Positions 40,019-49,912 of a stretch of 64,000 nucleotides of DNA are shown piece by piece. A program made the position numbers and the translations under genes. The DNA lies in NCBI GenBank assembly GCA_024654445.1, contig JANLHP010000017.1, positions 144,524-208,523 of the forward strand, read 5' to 3'. The first letter of the stretch is position 1, and every line of letters begins with the position of its first letter. The notes under the pieces were generated by a model. That model saw only the letters and a list, made by a program, of their open reading frames with translations. It made no database searches and was not told where the DNA came from. This stretch comes from Candidatus Curtissbacteria bacterium. GTDB lineage: Bacteria > Patescibacteriota > Microgenomatia > Curtissbacterales > GWA2-41-24.

Positions 40019-40996
40019 ATGAATGTTCTCGGAATCGAAACAACTTGCGATGAAACAAGTGCTTCTGTCGTTTCGAATGGAACAAGAATAATTACGAATG
40101 TCGTATCTACCTCGCTTGAACTCCAGAGCAAATATGGCGGTATCGTTCCGGAAGTAGCCGCGAGAGAACAGGTTAAGTTGATTGTGCCCGTTATCGATGA
40201 GGCTGTAGGGGAAAATAAGGTTGATGCAGTTGCTGTTGCGTACGGACCGGGACTTGCAGGGTCACTTCTAGTCGGTGTAGAAGCAGCGAAGACTTTATCT
40301 TTAGCCTGGAACGTTCCGCTTATTCGTGTAAATCATCTTTTTGGTCACATATACGCGAATTGGGTCGGTGAAAACGTTCCGAAATTTCCGCTAATAGCGC
40401 TTATTGTTTCCGGAGGTCACACGGATTTGCTTTTGATGAAGGGTCATGGAAAGTTTAAGTGGCTTGGGGGAACAAGAGATGACGCAGCAGGTGAAGCATT
40501 TGATAAGATCTCACGGCTTTTGGGGCTTGGGTACCCGGGTGGGCCGGGGATTGAGAAAGAAGCTGCAAAATGGAAGGGCAAAACTTCTCTAAAATTCCCC
40601 AGACCTTTAAAAAACAGTGGTGATTTTGACTTTTCTTTTTCGGGTTTAAAAACGGCTGTTGCTTATTTAGTAGAAAAGAGTGGTAAGGACGCCAGTAAAG
40701 CTCCAATTACTTTTGAAGCTCAGGAGGCGATTGTCGATGTTTTAACTACAAAGGCAGTTTTAGCTGCGAGGAAATTTAAGGTAAAGAATATAGTTGTAGG
40801 CGGGGGAGTTAGCGCAAATTTCAGACTTAGGGATGTGATGAAAAGGGCCGGGGAAAAAGAAGGCCTTCGGTTTTATTTCCCGGAGAAGAGACTCTCAACA
40901 GACAACGGAGCAATGATCGCGTCCGCGGCGTATTATAATCAGGAAAAAATTGATCCTCTTAAGCTTACTGCCAGACCTGATCTTTACTTCGACTAA
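40019..40996 (+). CDS. tsaD: tRNA N6-adenosine threonylcarbamoyltransferase TsaD (Kae1/Gcp/YgjD)
   Basis: MNVLGIETTCDETSASVV... with metal-binding HxxGH context (LFGHIYANW). 325 aa. Confidence 0.9.
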   Translation: MNVLGIETTCDETSASVVSNGTRIITNVVSTSLELQSKYGGIVPEVAAREQVKLIVPVIDEAVGENKVDAVAVAYGPGLAGSLLVGVEAAKTLSLAWNVPLIRVNHLFGHIYANWVGENVPKFPLIALIVSGGHTDLLLMKGHGKFKWLGGTRDDAAGEAFDKISRLLGLGYPGGPGIEKEAAKWKGKTSLKFPRPLKNSGDFDFSFSGLKTAVAYLVEKSGKDASKAPITFEAQEAIVDVLTTKAVLAARKFKVKNIVVGGGVSANFRLRDVMKRAGEKEGLRFYFPEKRLSTDNGAMIASAAYYNQEKIDPLKLTARPDLYFD

Positions 40997-41175
40997 ACTT
41001 TACCCGAAAGAAAGTTTCTGAAGTTCGAGGTAATACTTCTAAATCTTGTGAGATAACAAAATTGCGAAAAAAAACTTTTTATCCGCAACTTCTATCGGGG
41101 TTTACAAAACTTCTATTATAGGTTAAAATAGACAAAATTTACCGATGGCAGAGGCCTCGGTTTTTTGGTGGAAAA

Positions 41176-41562
41176 ATGATAGACAGATCTGAAAACAGAG
41201 TTAATTTATTTGTCGAGGCCAGGGGTACGCTTGAGCGATTAAAGCAGACCGCAGAGGTAATTTTTATTGCTGCGAACTCAGGTATTTCGAGACGACGTGT
41301 CTATACCAGCGAGATGAGGAGAGTAATTCTGGAAAGGGACTTTCTAATTCGCGACTTGGTTCAGGCTCTTGGAGGAGATTATTCTCCTAGAACTAAGAAG
41401 CTCGAGGCAATGTTTGATGATGAGGGACGCTCAACATGCATTCCGCACGACGAAGCCGAGGCGTTTTTCGCGGAACTGAAAATTTCTGATGAAGAAAAGG
41501 TACTAAGCCAAACATCTTTTGATTTTCGAACGCTTGGTCATCCACAGCAGCTTTATACATAA
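41176..41562 (+). CDS. hypothetical protein
   Basis: 128-aa ORF with no family recognised. Followed 6 bp later by a second small ORF. Confidence 0.35.
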   Translation: MIDRSENRVNLFVEARGTLERLKQTAEVIFIAANSGISRRRVYTSEMRRVILERDFLIRDLVQALGGDYSPRTKKLEAMFDDEGRSTCIPHDEAEAFFAELKISDEEKVLSQTSFDFRTLGHPQQLYT

Positions 41563-41567
41563 GTAAA

Positions 41568-41900
41568 ATGGAAAGAATTCACCCGGATGTTAAAAAGACA
41601 ATAGCTGAAAAAATTTATGATAACTATGCTGGCATAAATTTTTATAACTTTCAAAGACAACTCGGCTGGGTTAAAGAAGAAGAACACGACCGCGGCATCG
41701 GAAAGCTGAATGGTGAGCGAGATCGGGTTGTTCGTCAATTTGCAGAGTATGTAAATGAGACCTGCCACCCTGGAATAGAAAGTGCAACTAGAGTCCTAAG
41801 TGAACTCCGCGAGGGCTGCATTACTGAAGAGTCCGTTTTGGAGTTCTTTGTCGACACTGGAGTCATGGATAGTTTGGCAAGAATCGCTCCCGAAAAATAG
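41568..41900 (+). CDS. hypothetical protein
   Basis: 110-aa ORF with no family recognised. Adjacent to 41176..41562. Confidence 0.35.
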   Translation: MERIHPDVKKTIAEKIYDNYAGINFYNFQRQLGWVKEEEHDRGIGKLNGERDRVVRQFAEYVNETCHPGIESATRVLSELREGCITEESVLEFFVDTGVMDSLARIAPEK

Positions 41901-42027
41901 GTTTTTATTTTCATTAAAATTCTTTTGTCTCACGTGGTACTTTGACTTGTTGACTGAGTTATCAACAGGACTCAGATTTTGGAACTTTTTACACGTGGGA
42001 GAAAAAGGGTAAAATGTTAGTGCTCAC

Positions 42028-44127
42028 GTGAAAGACGAAATGATTACACAAAAACCACAGACGGAAAATTCGGAAAAAAATCTTTACGATTTTTGGCAGA
42101 AGGAAAATTTATTTGCCGCTGATCCGTCGTCTTCTAAGAAACCGTATTCTCTTTTAATACCTCCGCCAAACTTAACCGGTGAACTTCACTTAGGACATGC
42201 GATGCAACATTCTATTCTCGATGCACTTGCTCGTTTCAAAAGATTGCAGGGTTTTGACGTTTTGTTGTTGCCGGGAGTGGACCATGCTGGTATTCAATTC
42301 GAAACAACCTTCGATAAAAAACTTGCCAAAGATGGTTTGTCTAAACAAAAGCTTGGTCGGGAAGAGTGGATGAAAAAAGCTTGGGAATTTAAAGAGGAAA
42401 TTTACAAAGCGGTCTCTTCTAGCTGGCGCTTAATGGGTCTGTCTGCGGATTGGAATAGAGAGGTTTTCACACTAGACCCGGGTCCACAAAAAGCTGTCTT
42501 TGAAGAATTCAAAACCTACTTTGACCGCGGTCTGATTTACAAAGGTCCTTACATTGTTCAATGGTGTCCTAAAGACAAGACTGCGATTGAAGATGTTGAG
42601 ATGGACTACGAAGAGAGGAAAGAGAATCTTTATTACATCAAATATAAATTAGTTGGAGAGAAAGACAAAAACATAACGATCGCGACTGTTAGACCGGAGA
42701 CGATGTTTGCGGATGTCGCTGTTGCTGTTAATCCAAAAGATAAAAGATACAAAGATCTAATAGGCAAAAAGGTTCTGGTCCCTTTTGTTAATCGTGAGGT
42801 TCCAATTGTTGCTGATGATGGCATAGACATTAAATTTGGTAGCGGGGCTCTCAAGGTGGACCCAGCGCATTCAATAACAGATTACGAAATTGGAATGAAA
42901 CATGATCTGGAAGTTATATCCGTTATCAGAAAGGACGGAAAACTTAATGAGAATGCAGGAAAGTTCGCGGGGCAAAATGCCCAGGAGGTCAGGAGAGTGA
43001 TTGTCGAAGAGTTAGAAAAGAAGGGGGCGTTCGAAAGGATTGAGGAAATCGTTCATTCTGTGCCGGTTTGTGAAAGATGCAGAACGACCATAGAGCCTTT
43101 AATTTCGGAGGAATGGTTTTTGAAGGTTGACGATCTAGCAAAAGGTGCTATAGAGGCGATCAAAAATGGCGAGATTAAATTCTTGCCGAAAAACTACGAA
43201 AAGATCTTGACAGACTGGTTGGAGAATATCCATGATTGGTGCATTTCAAGATCTCTTTGGTGGGGACACAGGATTCCTGTCTGGTACAAAGATGGAGAGC
43301 AAAAGGTTTCTTTGCATTCACCGGGTGAAGGCTGGAAGCAGGACGAGCAAGTTTTGGACACTTGGTTTTCTTCTGGTCTTTGGCCGATGTCGACTCTCGG
43401 CTGGCCTGACAAAACAAAGGAGTTCGAGAGGTATTTTCCTTGGGATTTTGAAATTTCGGCGCCAGAGATCAAATATCTTTGGATCGCCAGAATGATAATG
43501 ATTTCTAAATACTTTACGGGAAAATCTCCGTTTAAAACTATGTTCTTCCATGGCATGTTGAGAGACCTGGAAGGCAGAAAGTTTTCAAAATCGCTTGGAA
43601 ATGGGATAGAGCCGACATATTTGATTGATAATTGGGGAGTGGACGCGACAAGGATGGCGCTCTACACGTACAGCGTCCCAGGAAGAGACGGAAGAGTTTC
43701 CAAACAGATAACGGATGAGCGCGGGAAAAATTTCAGGAATTATGCGACAAAAATCAGAAACATTGCAAGATTTATTTTGGAGCTTAAGCCGGAGGGTACC
43801 AGCGATAAACTTTCCTTTAGCCATGCCGATGATAAACATATAAAGAAAATGTTTGATGAAGCTTTAAAGAAGTTGACGAGTCATTTGGAAAGGGCTGAGC
43901 TGCATTTGGCGGTTGATGTTCTTTACAACTTTGTCTGGCATGATTTTGCCGATGTTTATATCGAAAAGACTAAAAATAGAAGGGTAGAGTCGCAACCTGT
44001 TTTGGAGTATATTCTGAGAAGCTCGGTTATAGTCCTGCATCCGTTCATGCCTTTCGTTACCGAAGAGATATATCAAAAGTTCGAAAATAAGAAAAAATCT
44101 ATAATGCTCGAGGAATGGCCAAAGTAG
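42028..44127 (+). CDS. valS: valyl-tRNA synthetase (short form lacking long C-terminal coiled coil)
   Basis: PPPNLTGELHLGHA (HIGH), GVDHAGIQ and KFSKSLGN (KMSKS). GTG 42028 or ATG 42040 start. 699 aa. Confidence 0.85.
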   Translation: MKDEMITQKPQTENSEKNLYDFWQKENLFAADPSSSKKPYSLLIPPPNLTGELHLGHAMQHSILDALARFKRLQGFDVLLLPGVDHAGIQFETTFDKKLAKDGLSKQKLGREEWMKKAWEFKEEIYKAVSSSWRLMGLSADWNREVFTLDPGPQKAVFEEFKTYFDRGLIYKGPYIVQWCPKDKTAIEDVEMDYEERKENLYYIKYKLVGEKDKNITIATVRPETMFADVAVAVNPKDKRYKDLIGKKVLVPFVNREVPIVADDGIDIKFGSGALKVDPAHSITDYEIGMKHDLEVISVIRKDGKLNENAGKFAGQNAQEVRRVIVEELEKKGAFERIEEIVHSVPVCERCRTTIEPLISEEWFLKVDDLAKGAIEAIKNGEIKFLPKNYEKILTDWLENIHDWCISRSLWWGHRIPVWYKDGEQKVSLHSPGEGWKQDEQVLDTWFSSGLWPMSTLGWPDKTKEFERYFPWDFEISAPEIKYLWIARMIMISKYFTGKSPFKTMFFHGMLRDLEGRKFSKSLGNGIEPTYLIDNWGVDATRMALYTYSVPGRDGRVSKQITDERGKNFRNYATKIRNIARFILELKPEGTSDKLSFSHADDKHIKKMFDEALKKLTSHLERAELHLAVDVLYNFVWHDFADVYIEKTKNRRVESQPVLEYILRSSVIVLHPFMPFVTEEIYQKFENKKKSIMLEEWPK

Positions 44128-44441
44128 TTTCCCCGCATATTTTCCGCATTATTTCCCGCATATTTTTAGTACTTTTGCTTCTGGTGTTGTTTTTCATCGT
44201 ATTTCTATTGCCAAATATCAAAGTTTTTGACTCAACTGAAAAAGTACAAGGGGGCAGTATTACAGATGAGGATAGGGAGTATTTAAACGGTGAAATTGAG
44301 AAAACTTTGGATATTGTTAGCGCACGACCCGATTATTCTCAGGCTTGGCTACGGTTGTCAGTGTTGTACGAGCGAGTGGGGGACATGGATTCTTCAAAAA
44401 GGGCGCTTGATGAGTCTAAGAGGTTAAATCCTGACCTTTAG
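44115..44441 (+). CDS. hypothetical membrane-anchored protein
   Basis: 108-aa ORF with N-terminal TM (IFLVLLLLVLFFIVFLL). The C-terminus has a helical, TPR-like character. Confidence 0.35.
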   Translation: MAKVVSPHIFRIISRIFLVLLLLVLFFIVFLLPNIKVFDSTEKVQGGSITDEDREYLNGEIEKTLDIVSARPDYSQAWLRLSVLYERVGDMDSSKRALDESKRLNPDL

Positions 44442-45106
44442 GTTTGAGGTGGTTTTTCTACAAATTTAAATTTCATTTTTAATATTCCTGCTTCGGAAAT
44501 AACTAGGTCTGGTCCTTGCCACACAAATGTTAAATTTGGTCCAAAAACATACATTAACTCTTGGTTGAGCTGGGGGGTAAGAGTGTACGAAAAAGACGTC
44601 CCGTAGAATTCACCATCCCACATTTTTGAAGCAGTAGAATACGCCTGCTCCAGGCTCAATGTGGCATCACTATTTGGTTTTTCAAATTTATTTATAGATT
44701 CTTCAACATTGAAATTTTCATCATAAGGCACGAAGCCAAAGACTGGTTCTTCAAGCAGGAGTTGTTCTCTTTCAGTCTTAGTAAGTAAAATTGCGCTATT
44801 GGAAGCTTTCATGCCAAGGAATGTCAAGCCCGTCTTCGAGTCTTGATAGATCCTGAGCTCATTCACTCCGATGTCGGTTGTCGAATTTTGCTTTACATTA
44901 ACTTTAATCACTTTATCTGGAGGAATTTTGACCTCGGGTATTTGAGGAATAGTTTCTTTTAACTGTGGTGTTGGGTTTGGAGTTAAAACTGGCCTAACTA
45001 TCGGCGTTATAGTTACGTCTGGTTGCTGATTTTCAGCACATGAGATGGCAGAGATTCCGAGCACTCCCACGAGGAGAGATTTTCTAAGGAAGTTTCTTTC
45101 AGACAT
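44438..45106 (-). CDS. hypothetical lipoprotein
   Basis: Internal ATG 45106 gives MSERNFLRKSLLVGVLGISAISCAEN (lipobox ISC). The ORF-track start 45202 would overlap rplY. Confidence 0.4.
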   Translation of the reverse strand: MSERNFLRKSLLVGVLGISAISCAENQQPDVTITPIVRPVLTPNPTPQLKETIPQIPEVKIPPDKVIKVNVKQNSTTDIGVNELRIYQDSKTGLTFLGMKASNSAILLTKTEREQLLLEEPVFGFVPYDENFNVEESINKFEKPNSDATLSLEQAYSTASKMWDGEFYGTSFSYTLTPQLNQELMYVFGPNLTFVWQGPDLVISEAGILKMKFKFVEKPPQT

Positions 45107-45116
45107 AAGAGGATAA

Positions 45117-45866
45117 TTATTCTTTTGCTTCTTCTGGAGGTTTATCTTCTTTGCCGCCGCCTTGATCTTTTTGTTCTCCTTCAGGTTTTTTCTCGCCTTC
45201 ACCTTCGGTTCCAGCTTCTGCGCCTTCCACAGGAGCTTCGGCGGCGGCTTCTGCCTCGACTTCAGCTTGTTCGGCTTCGATTTCTGCCTCGACTTCTTCC
45301 ATTTCTTTAGTTACAAGTTCACCAATTTGGGCAACAACGAGCTCTTCGTCTGACATAACTTCGACCTTGTCTCGGTCTATTGGAAGATCTTTAATCTTAA
45401 TTTCGTCCCCAATTGCGGCAAGCCTAGAAACATCTACTTCGAGGTTCTCCGGAATATCTGTCGGAAGAGCTTCAACTTCTATTTCGGAAACTGGAGTCAG
45501 AAGAAGACCAACTTTCTTTTCCTCTGCGGGAGCTTCACCTACAATTTCAAGAGGGACGTTGACGTTTACCTTTTCCGTCAGATTTACTTGGTAAAAATCG
45601 ATGTGCAGAGGGTCATCTGTCATCGGGTGAACTTGAATGGCGCGAACCATAACTGGTCTTTTGTCTTTGTCTATTGAAAGGTCGATTATCCCGGTTTCAC
45701 CAGCTTTTTCGAAAACTTTTTTAAAGTCCTCCGCGTTGACTTGAACGTGTATTGTTTCTATTTTGTGACCAAAAACATGAGCAGGGATGACGCCTTCCTT
45801 ACGGAGGGTTTTAACTTTTTTGCCGAGCACTGTTCTTGGTTGTGCGGAAAGCGGGATTTGCTCCAT
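45117..45866 (-). CDS. rplY: 50S ribosomal protein L25 / general stress protein Ctc, with acidic C-terminal extension
   Basis: N-terminus ...RTVLGKKVKTLRKEGVIPAHVFGHK...IDLSIDKDKRPVMVRAIQVHP (L25/Ctc fold pattern). About 60-aa E/A-rich tail. Confidence 0.8.
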   Translation of the reverse strand: MEQIPLSAQPRTVLGKKVKTLRKEGVIPAHVFGHKIETIHVQVNAEDFKKVFEKAGETGIIDLSIDKDKRPVMVRAIQVHPMTDDPLHIDFYQVNLTEKVNVNVPLEIVGEAPAEEKKVGLLLTPVSEIEVEALPTDIPENLEVDVSRLAAIGDEIKIKDLPIDRDKVEVMSDEELVVAQIGELVTKEMEEVEAEIEAEQAEVEAEAAAEAPVEGAEAGTEGEGEKKPEGEQKDQGGGKEDKPPEEAKE

Positions 45867-45935
45867 AGCGGAAATGGTAGCAGAAATCGGTAAGCTTGGT
45901 CAATTATTGTTGGATCTGGGGAGAAATAAGCTCTG

Positions 45936-48809
45936 TCATTTTTCTCCGATCTCTACTTTAAACTCGCGGTCCCTTGAAAGGTCGGTTGTGATTTGCGCAT
46001 TTTGCGATTTTGAGTAAGTTTCATCCCCGTTTATAGATTTAAGAATTAAGTACCCTGGAAGATTGAGTTTAAACTCGAGTGGATCTTTTTCGGTGCCCGG
46101 TTGTTTTTGAATATAGAGAGAATAAACCGGTGCAGATTCGAGTTTTATGTTTTTCGGAACGTGATAGGTGAAGATGATTTCTTTTTCGGATTTTATGGGG
46201 ACTTCGACAAATGTCGAAAAAACTGTGTAGTTTCCGGTTGAGGTTGTATTTACCTCGGAAGTACGCGTTTGGCCTGCATCTTTAAACTCATTGAGCCCGG
46301 CTGAAAACGGAACTACGACTCTTAGAAAGTTCGTGTATCTGCCTGCAGGCCATGTTTCTGCTGGGCTGTTGTTTTTGTAATTAATCTTTAACTTACCAAC
46401 TAAGTCGGCGTCTTTGCCGATTGTCATTTCGTATGAAACTTTCCTTTCTATAAATCTATTTACTTTGTTTGCTCCTAAGTTTGCTTCCGAAAGTGCCAAG
46501 AAATCACGAGTTTGACCAGAAGTGTCGGCTGGATTATAGGTGAGCGGGGGAAGAGGATTATTCCATCCTTTGGTTTTAACAAAGGTTGAGAGTGTTGGGC
46601 TATCAAATGAAAGCATTAAGTGTTTTTCCGAAAGTGCTTCTGAGGTCGCTTCTACTAGCGCGAGCCAAGGACTCGTGTTTTCTTGATTATTTGCTGCCTC
46701 AGTTTTGATGCTGCCCAGAGTTTTGTCGATGAGTGTCCTGGTCAAAGAGCCGAAGAAATCGCGTTTTTGAGTTGAACCTGGAAAGAACCCTACTTCACTA
46801 TGGTATTCTCCTCTTTCGAAGAGATTATCTGCGCTGATCTCTTCGTTGTAATCTGTAAGCTTGACCGGCCCCATTTTTGAAAGAATATTTTGAACGTAAG
46901 TTAGATCTATCGCTATGACACCATCAACGTCTTTGCCCGTTTCTTTTTTAAAAAAATCTCGAGCGGTTTTTGCGTTAACTTCAAAATCTACGGTCCAGTT
47001 TGAATCTCTTAGATAAAGATTTTGCGTACCAAGTTTTTCTGTGAGTTCTGGCGGGGGTTTTATTGATTCTTTTAACTGACCGTCTATCGTGTAGACGTCT
47101 TCGACTGAAATGTTTTTTAATTGGCCGCCGTCAAATTCGACCTGTGCGACGTTTCCGATAAACCCCCCGCCCGGCCGAAGTTCGGTATTATTCTGAATTA
47201 AAACGAGGTAGGTTTTTTTAGCACCATTTCCTGTCAGCTCTTCCATCAGAAGTGTCATCTCGAGGGCTGAATTGGAAATTGCATTTAATTTTTGGGCGTT
47301 TTGTTGGGATATTGAAAGAGTACCCTTGAAGGGTAGGCTTTTGGAGTTTTCCAGCAGGTTTTTGGCGCGTGAAGATTCTATGTAAGCCTTTCTAAAATTA
47401 GCCGTTGGTGTCTCGACGTCAAAGTCGCCTTTTTGTGTGTCGCTCGAGATTATTGTTTGTAAGTTTTTTTGCAGAGACTGGCTGCCTTCTGTAAACGAGA
47501 GCGTTGCCGCTGATGCGTAATGCGCAGCCTCTAGAGAATTATTGATGCTGTCTATCTGGTTTGGAAGAATAAAGGAAAATGGGTAGGTAGCGGCTTTGAC
47601 CAGGTTGCGAGCTGAAGCAAATGAATTTTTAGCTCGCGTTGCATTTTCTTTGGCCTCTTGAAAGTTTCCTGCAGTCAGGTTCGTTCTTGCTCCTTTAAGA
47701 CCACTGGCCCCAAAAAACAGATCCAGGCTCATTTTTGCGAAAAATAGAGTAATTAAAATTAGCGCAATAAAAAGAGGTCTTTTGCGAAAAGATTTGTAAG
47801 AGGCGAAGCTTGGTCTTGGTACATGGGCCTTAATTCTTTTGTGCTTTTCTTCCTTTTCTCTGACTACTTCGTCTTGTTTGTCTGTGTACGTGGGTTGGGG
47901 TTTGTTTTCGGGCTTGGGTTCCTGAACATGCACTTCTTCTTTGTCAACGAAATAATCGATTGTGTTCTTGAGACCTTCTTGTAGTTTGACCTTGGGATTT
48001 ACGTGGTCAGCATGCTCTCTTGCTATGATTTCCGGCTCGTGGACTCCATGACCTTCGGGGCCGGAAAAATAAAGTCCAATTTCTTTTCCGGTTGTAACTC
48101 TCATTACGTTTTGAATTTCATAAGCGGTAGAGAGCGACGTTTTTGCGCCTTCAGAAAGGAGGAAGTGGACTTTTTTTGAATTTTCTGAAAATGCAATTTT
48201 GATTACCGCATAAATTACGTCTGTTATGTAAGCGGGGTAGACCTGACGCAGCCCTTCATTGTCGAGAATAATCTTGTCGCTTTTTATCGCCTGAAAGATT
48301 AATTTGGACAGCTCGTTATTTTCGTGATCCGGCATCTCGGGGCCATAAAGATCGCCCAAGAGAAGCAGATTTACCCTTTTTTTGAGATCTTCCTGGTGAT
48401 TGCGATCGCTGGCACTTCTTAAGATTAAATGATCAAGAAAATCAGGGCTCGTTCTTACTGGGGAAACTACAAAGACACCAGAACTATCCCTTTGTGAAAG
48501 ATGGATTATGTTCGCGGTTTGAGGAGAAATGTGAGGAATGTGAGACGGCGCGACCTTAGCTGTATTTAAAACTGAAAGATCGAAAATTACGTTAAATGGA
48601 GGCAAATAATCAGGTAAGGGTTGGCCTAGATCAATTTCGAGGAGCGTGAAATCATGGTTTGCCAAAACAGCGTGGGGAAGATGAGAGGAGCCTACGCCGT
48701 AGACGACGCAATTTTGTGCAAGAAGGGATTTGGCGAGTTCGGTTCCCAAAAACGAGCCGACTTCTGTTATTAAGACATGAATTTTCTTTGTGTGGTGGGC
48801 AGGTTCCAT
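45936..48809 (-). CDS. fusion protein: N-terminal NAD(P)-binding Rossmann (epimerase/dehydratase-like) domain, TM, large DUF4012-like ectodomain
   Basis: N-terminus KKIHVLITEVGSFLGTELAKSLL (GxxGxxG-like). TM around residue 330. Ectodomain carries TELRPGGGFIGN, reminiscent of the DUF4012 RPxGGF motif. Confidence 0.5.
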   Translation of the reverse strand: MEPAHHTKKIHVLITEVGSFLGTELAKSLLAQNCVVYGVGSSHLPHAVLANHDFTLLEIDLGQPLPDYLPPFNVIFDLSVLNTAKVAPSHIPHISPQTANIIHLSQRDSSGVFVVSPVRTSPDFLDHLILRSASDRNHQEDLKKRVNLLLLGDLYGPEMPDHENNELSKLIFQAIKSDKIILDNEGLRQVYPAYITDVIYAVIKIAFSENSKKVHFLLSEGAKTSLSTAYEIQNVMRVTTGKEIGLYFSGPEGHGVHEPEIIAREHADHVNPKVKLQEGLKNTIDYFVDKEEVHVQEPKPENKPQPTYTDKQDEVVREKEEKHKRIKAHVPRPSFASYKSFRKRPLFIALILITLFFAKMSLDLFFGASGLKGARTNLTAGNFQEAKENATRAKNSFASARNLVKAATYPFSFILPNQIDSINNSLEAAHYASAATLSFTEGSQSLQKNLQTIISSDTQKGDFDVETPTANFRKAYIESSRAKNLLENSKSLPFKGTLSISQQNAQKLNAISNSALEMTLLMEELTGNGAKKTYLVLIQNNTELRPGGGFIGNVAQVEFDGGQLKNISVEDVYTIDGQLKESIKPPPELTEKLGTQNLYLRDSNWTVDFEVNAKTARDFFKKETGKDVDGVIAIDLTYVQNILSKMGPVKLTDYNEEISADNLFERGEYHSEVGFFPGSTQKRDFFGSLTRTLIDKTLGSIKTEAANNQENTSPWLALVEATSEALSEKHLMLSFDSPTLSTFVKTKGWNNPLPPLTYNPADTSGQTRDFLALSEANLGANKVNRFIERKVSYEMTIGKDADLVGKLKINYKNNSPAETWPAGRYTNFLRVVVPFSAGLNEFKDAGQTRTSEVNTTSTGNYTVFSTFVEVPIKSEKEIIFTYHVPKNIKLESAPVYSLYIQKQPGTEKDPLEFKLNLPGYLILKSINGDETYSKSQNAQITTDLSRDREFKVEIGEK

Positions 48810-48865
48810 TTTGGTTTAAATTCTAAATCACAAGCACCAAATTACAAACGGTTAAAGTAATTTTC

Positions 48866-48884
48866 AATTTCTAATTTCTAATTA
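48866..48884. repeat. conserved intergenic motif CAATTTCTAATTTCTAATT (copy 2)
   Basis: Upstream (minus strand) of the epimerase-DUF4012 gene. Confidence 0.5.
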
Positions 48885-48937
48885 AGAATTTAAAATTTAT
48901 TTGTTTGGTATTAGTAATTTGCGATTTGGTCATTTGT

Positions 48938-49492
48938 TTACACCTTAAAGTAAGTTTTTAAACTAATTGCAAAAATCGCCATTGCGGCACCTGCTAGTAG
49001 TCCTGCTGTAACGAAGACTATTTTGTTTGCTTTTGTGAAAGCGGGTTCTGGCGCAGTGCCTAGGGGTTGCAAAGTTGATTTTTGGTTTGAAACTTCTAAG
49101 GCTGCGACTTTGGTATTGTACGAATCCTGGATTTTTTGCATCAGAGATGTGCTAGCTTCTTTGCTTTTGGAAAATGTGGTTATTTGCAACACTTGAGGCG
49201 CTAACTTTTTAACACTGATCGACTCGCCACTATTCATAACTTCGGTTTTAAAATCCGCACTTTCTATTATGGCTTGGGCTGTATCTGTAAAGTTGCGTGT
49301 TTTTTCCTGAACGAAAAATGCTTCTGTATTGTTTGCTTCGACGCCCGGTTTGATGAAAAAAGTTTTACTGTATTTATACCCGGAAGGGATTTTGACAGTG
49401 ACAAGAATTGCGATCACTGCTCCAAAAAGCATGAGGATTAAAACGAAGGTTGCGTTTTTTCTAAGGATTTTTAAGTAATCTTTAAGTTCCAT
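48938..49492 (-). CDS. Wzz-like polysaccharide chain-length determinant-like protein
   Basis: 184 aa with N-terminal LKDYLKILRKN, a TM, a periplasmic segment and a C-terminal TM. This is the Wzz topology. Confidence 0.4.
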   Translation of the reverse strand: MELKDYLKILRKNATFVLILMLFGAVIAILVTVKIPSGYKYSKTFFIKPGVEANNTEAFFVQEKTRNFTDTAQAIIESADFKTEVMNSGESISVKKLAPQVLQITTFSKSKEASTSLMQKIQDSYNTKVAALEVSNQKSTLQPLGTAPEPAFTKANKIVFVTAGLLAGAAMAIFAISLKTYFKV

Positions 49493-49516
49493 TACAAATT
49501 GTTAATTGTTGATTGT

Positions 49517-49912
49517 TTATTGGGCATCGAGTGCGATATTTACTTGTGTGTCTGCTTCTTTGTTTTTTTCTCTTGGAATGTGTATGTAATTAACTTTTCC
49601 GAAGCTTGCTTCAAGACCTCTCACTTCTAGAACAAGCTCGCGAATTTTTGCGTTTTTTATCTTGTAAAGACCTGAGAGCTGATAAACAACGAGTTGAGAA
49701 TCCAAAAAAACATTAAGGTCTTTCCCTTCGAATTCTTTTTTTGCCCACCCAAGAGCCTTGATGAGGGCAGTATACTCGGCAAAATTATTGGTTGCAATTC
49801 CAAGATATCCGCCTTCTTTCTTGACCGTTTTATCGTCGACTTTGACGACGAACCCGTAAGCTGCAGGACCAGGATTTCCTCGTGCACCTCCATCTGTAAA
49901 AATTTTTATCAC
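49517..49912 (-). CDS. rnhA: ribonuclease HI
   Basis: IFTDGGARGNPGPAAYGFVV and conserved acidic residues (D, E, D...D). 131 aa. Confidence 0.85.
   Translation of the reverse strand: MIKIFTDGGARGNPGPAAYGFVVKVDDKTVKKEGGYLGIATNNFAEYTALIKALGWAKKEFEGKDLNVFLDSQLVVYQLSGLYKIKNAKIRELVLEVRGLEASFGKVNYIHIPREKNKEADTQVNIALDAQ

Noticed and set aside
42028-44127. valS being unusually short (699 aa) as a possible truncation/pseudogene
   Set aside because: All catalytic motifs (HIGH, KMSKS), the editing insert and the anticodon-binding region appear present. Only the C-terminal coiled coil is missing, which is common in reduced genomes.
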